NCBI GenBank assembly: GCA_031414955.1
Contig: JANOQV010000183.1
Coordinates: 1 to 24,762, forward strand
DNA from: Pedosphaera sp.
GTDB taxonomy: Bacteria; Verrucomicrobiota; Verrucomicrobiia; Limisphaerales; SIBH01
DNA length: 24,762 bases
Direction: 5' to 3'
In this document: one piece after another, positions 24,311-24,762 of the stretch
Layout of the letters: each line of letters opens with the position of its first letter
Position numbering within the stretch: position 1 is the first letter of the stretch
Program-made: the position numbers and the translations under genes
Notes under the pieces: model-generated
Told to the model about the DNA's origin: nothing
The model's database searches: none
Seen by the model: only the letters and a program-made list of their open reading frames with translations

Positions 24311-24762
24311 GTGCCATTGCCCGACCTGCGTGCTTTGCAACGCGGCGATTCCGCCGCGTGGGACGAGGCGTTCGCCTGGCTGTGGCCGGCAGCGTTCGGC
24401 GCGGCGCACGCGAAGCTCCAACTGTTTCTACCCGGCGATATCGAGGACGTGGCGATGGAGGCGCTGGAGGAATTGATTGAGAAAGTTCGTGCCGTGCGCG
24501 CGGTCGAAGAACTCAAGCCGCTCGTGGCAAGCATCGCGCATCATCGGGCGGTGAGCCGGCTGCGGCAGCATTTCGCGGCCAAGCGCGGCAGCGGCCAGAC
24601 GGAAAGCCTGGAAGCGCGCGAAGAGGCGGGCGGCAGCGGCGAAACTGCGGCGGCCGGCGGCTCGCCGCTGGAGGCGCTGACGCAGAAGGAACTGGCGAAC
24701 GTGCTGGGCGGGATGATGGCGGAGTTGAAGCCGCCGCAAGGCGAGTTGCTGCAAGATTTCTT
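24311..24762 (+). CDS. ECF-family RNA polymerase sigma factor (truncated by the window end)
   Basis: Not in the ORF track. From GTG 24311: MPLPDLRALQRGDSAAWDEAFAWLWPAAFGAAHAKL...DIEDVAMEAL...LVASIAHHRAVSRLRQHFAAKRGSG...LGGMMAELKPPQGELL, covering region 2 and the start of region 4. It is preceded by TGGACG-N17-CATGCT-N6-GTG. Confidence 0.85.
   Translation, partial: MPLPDLRALQRGDSAAWDEAFAWLWPAAFGAAHAKLQLFLPGDIEDVAMEALEELIEKVRAVRAVEELKPLVASIAHHRAVSRLRQHFAAKRGSGQTESLEAREEAGGSGETAAAGGSPLEALTQKELANVLGGMMAELKPPQGELLQDF

Noticed and set aside
15187..24762. Type III-E CRISPR/Craspase locus (TPR-CHAT plus ECF sigma)
   Set aside because: There is no Cas7-11, no recognisable Csx30/31 and no array. The TPRs are the common 42-aa type and the ECF is more than 5 kb away.

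Overview
High-GC bacterial chromosomal window, most likely Verrucomicrobiota subdivision 3 (Pedosphaera/Limisphaera-like). This is inferred from the PVC small basic protein and from verrucomicrobial-type pilin-like and HEAT proteins. The left ~15 kb is mostly housekeeping on the minus strand: a three-gene SPFH (HflK/HflC/HflK-like) cluster with an ABC permease and an inserted HEAT gene, glgA, serS, a sigma54-preceded trio of minor-pilin-like genes, a folD/SH3/pseudouridine synthase operon and the small basic protein. The right ~10 kb is accessory. It holds a TPR-CHAT (caspase-like) protease whose CHAT domain carries in-frame palindromic and heptamer repeat DNA, a divergent PIN-like protein, and four paralogous small secreted proteins with a VxGYxRxxGTYV motif. 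Two of these four have a duplicated candidate ECF promoter and a structured 5' leader. Two toxin-antitoxin-like pairs are embedded among inverted tandem-repeat arms, and a divergent ECF sigma factor is cut by the window end. Inverted 7-10 bp tandem-repeat elements and REP-like doublets recur across the window. No tRNA, rRNA, CRISPR array, transposase or integrase was seen. All family assignments come from motif recognition, not database searches.
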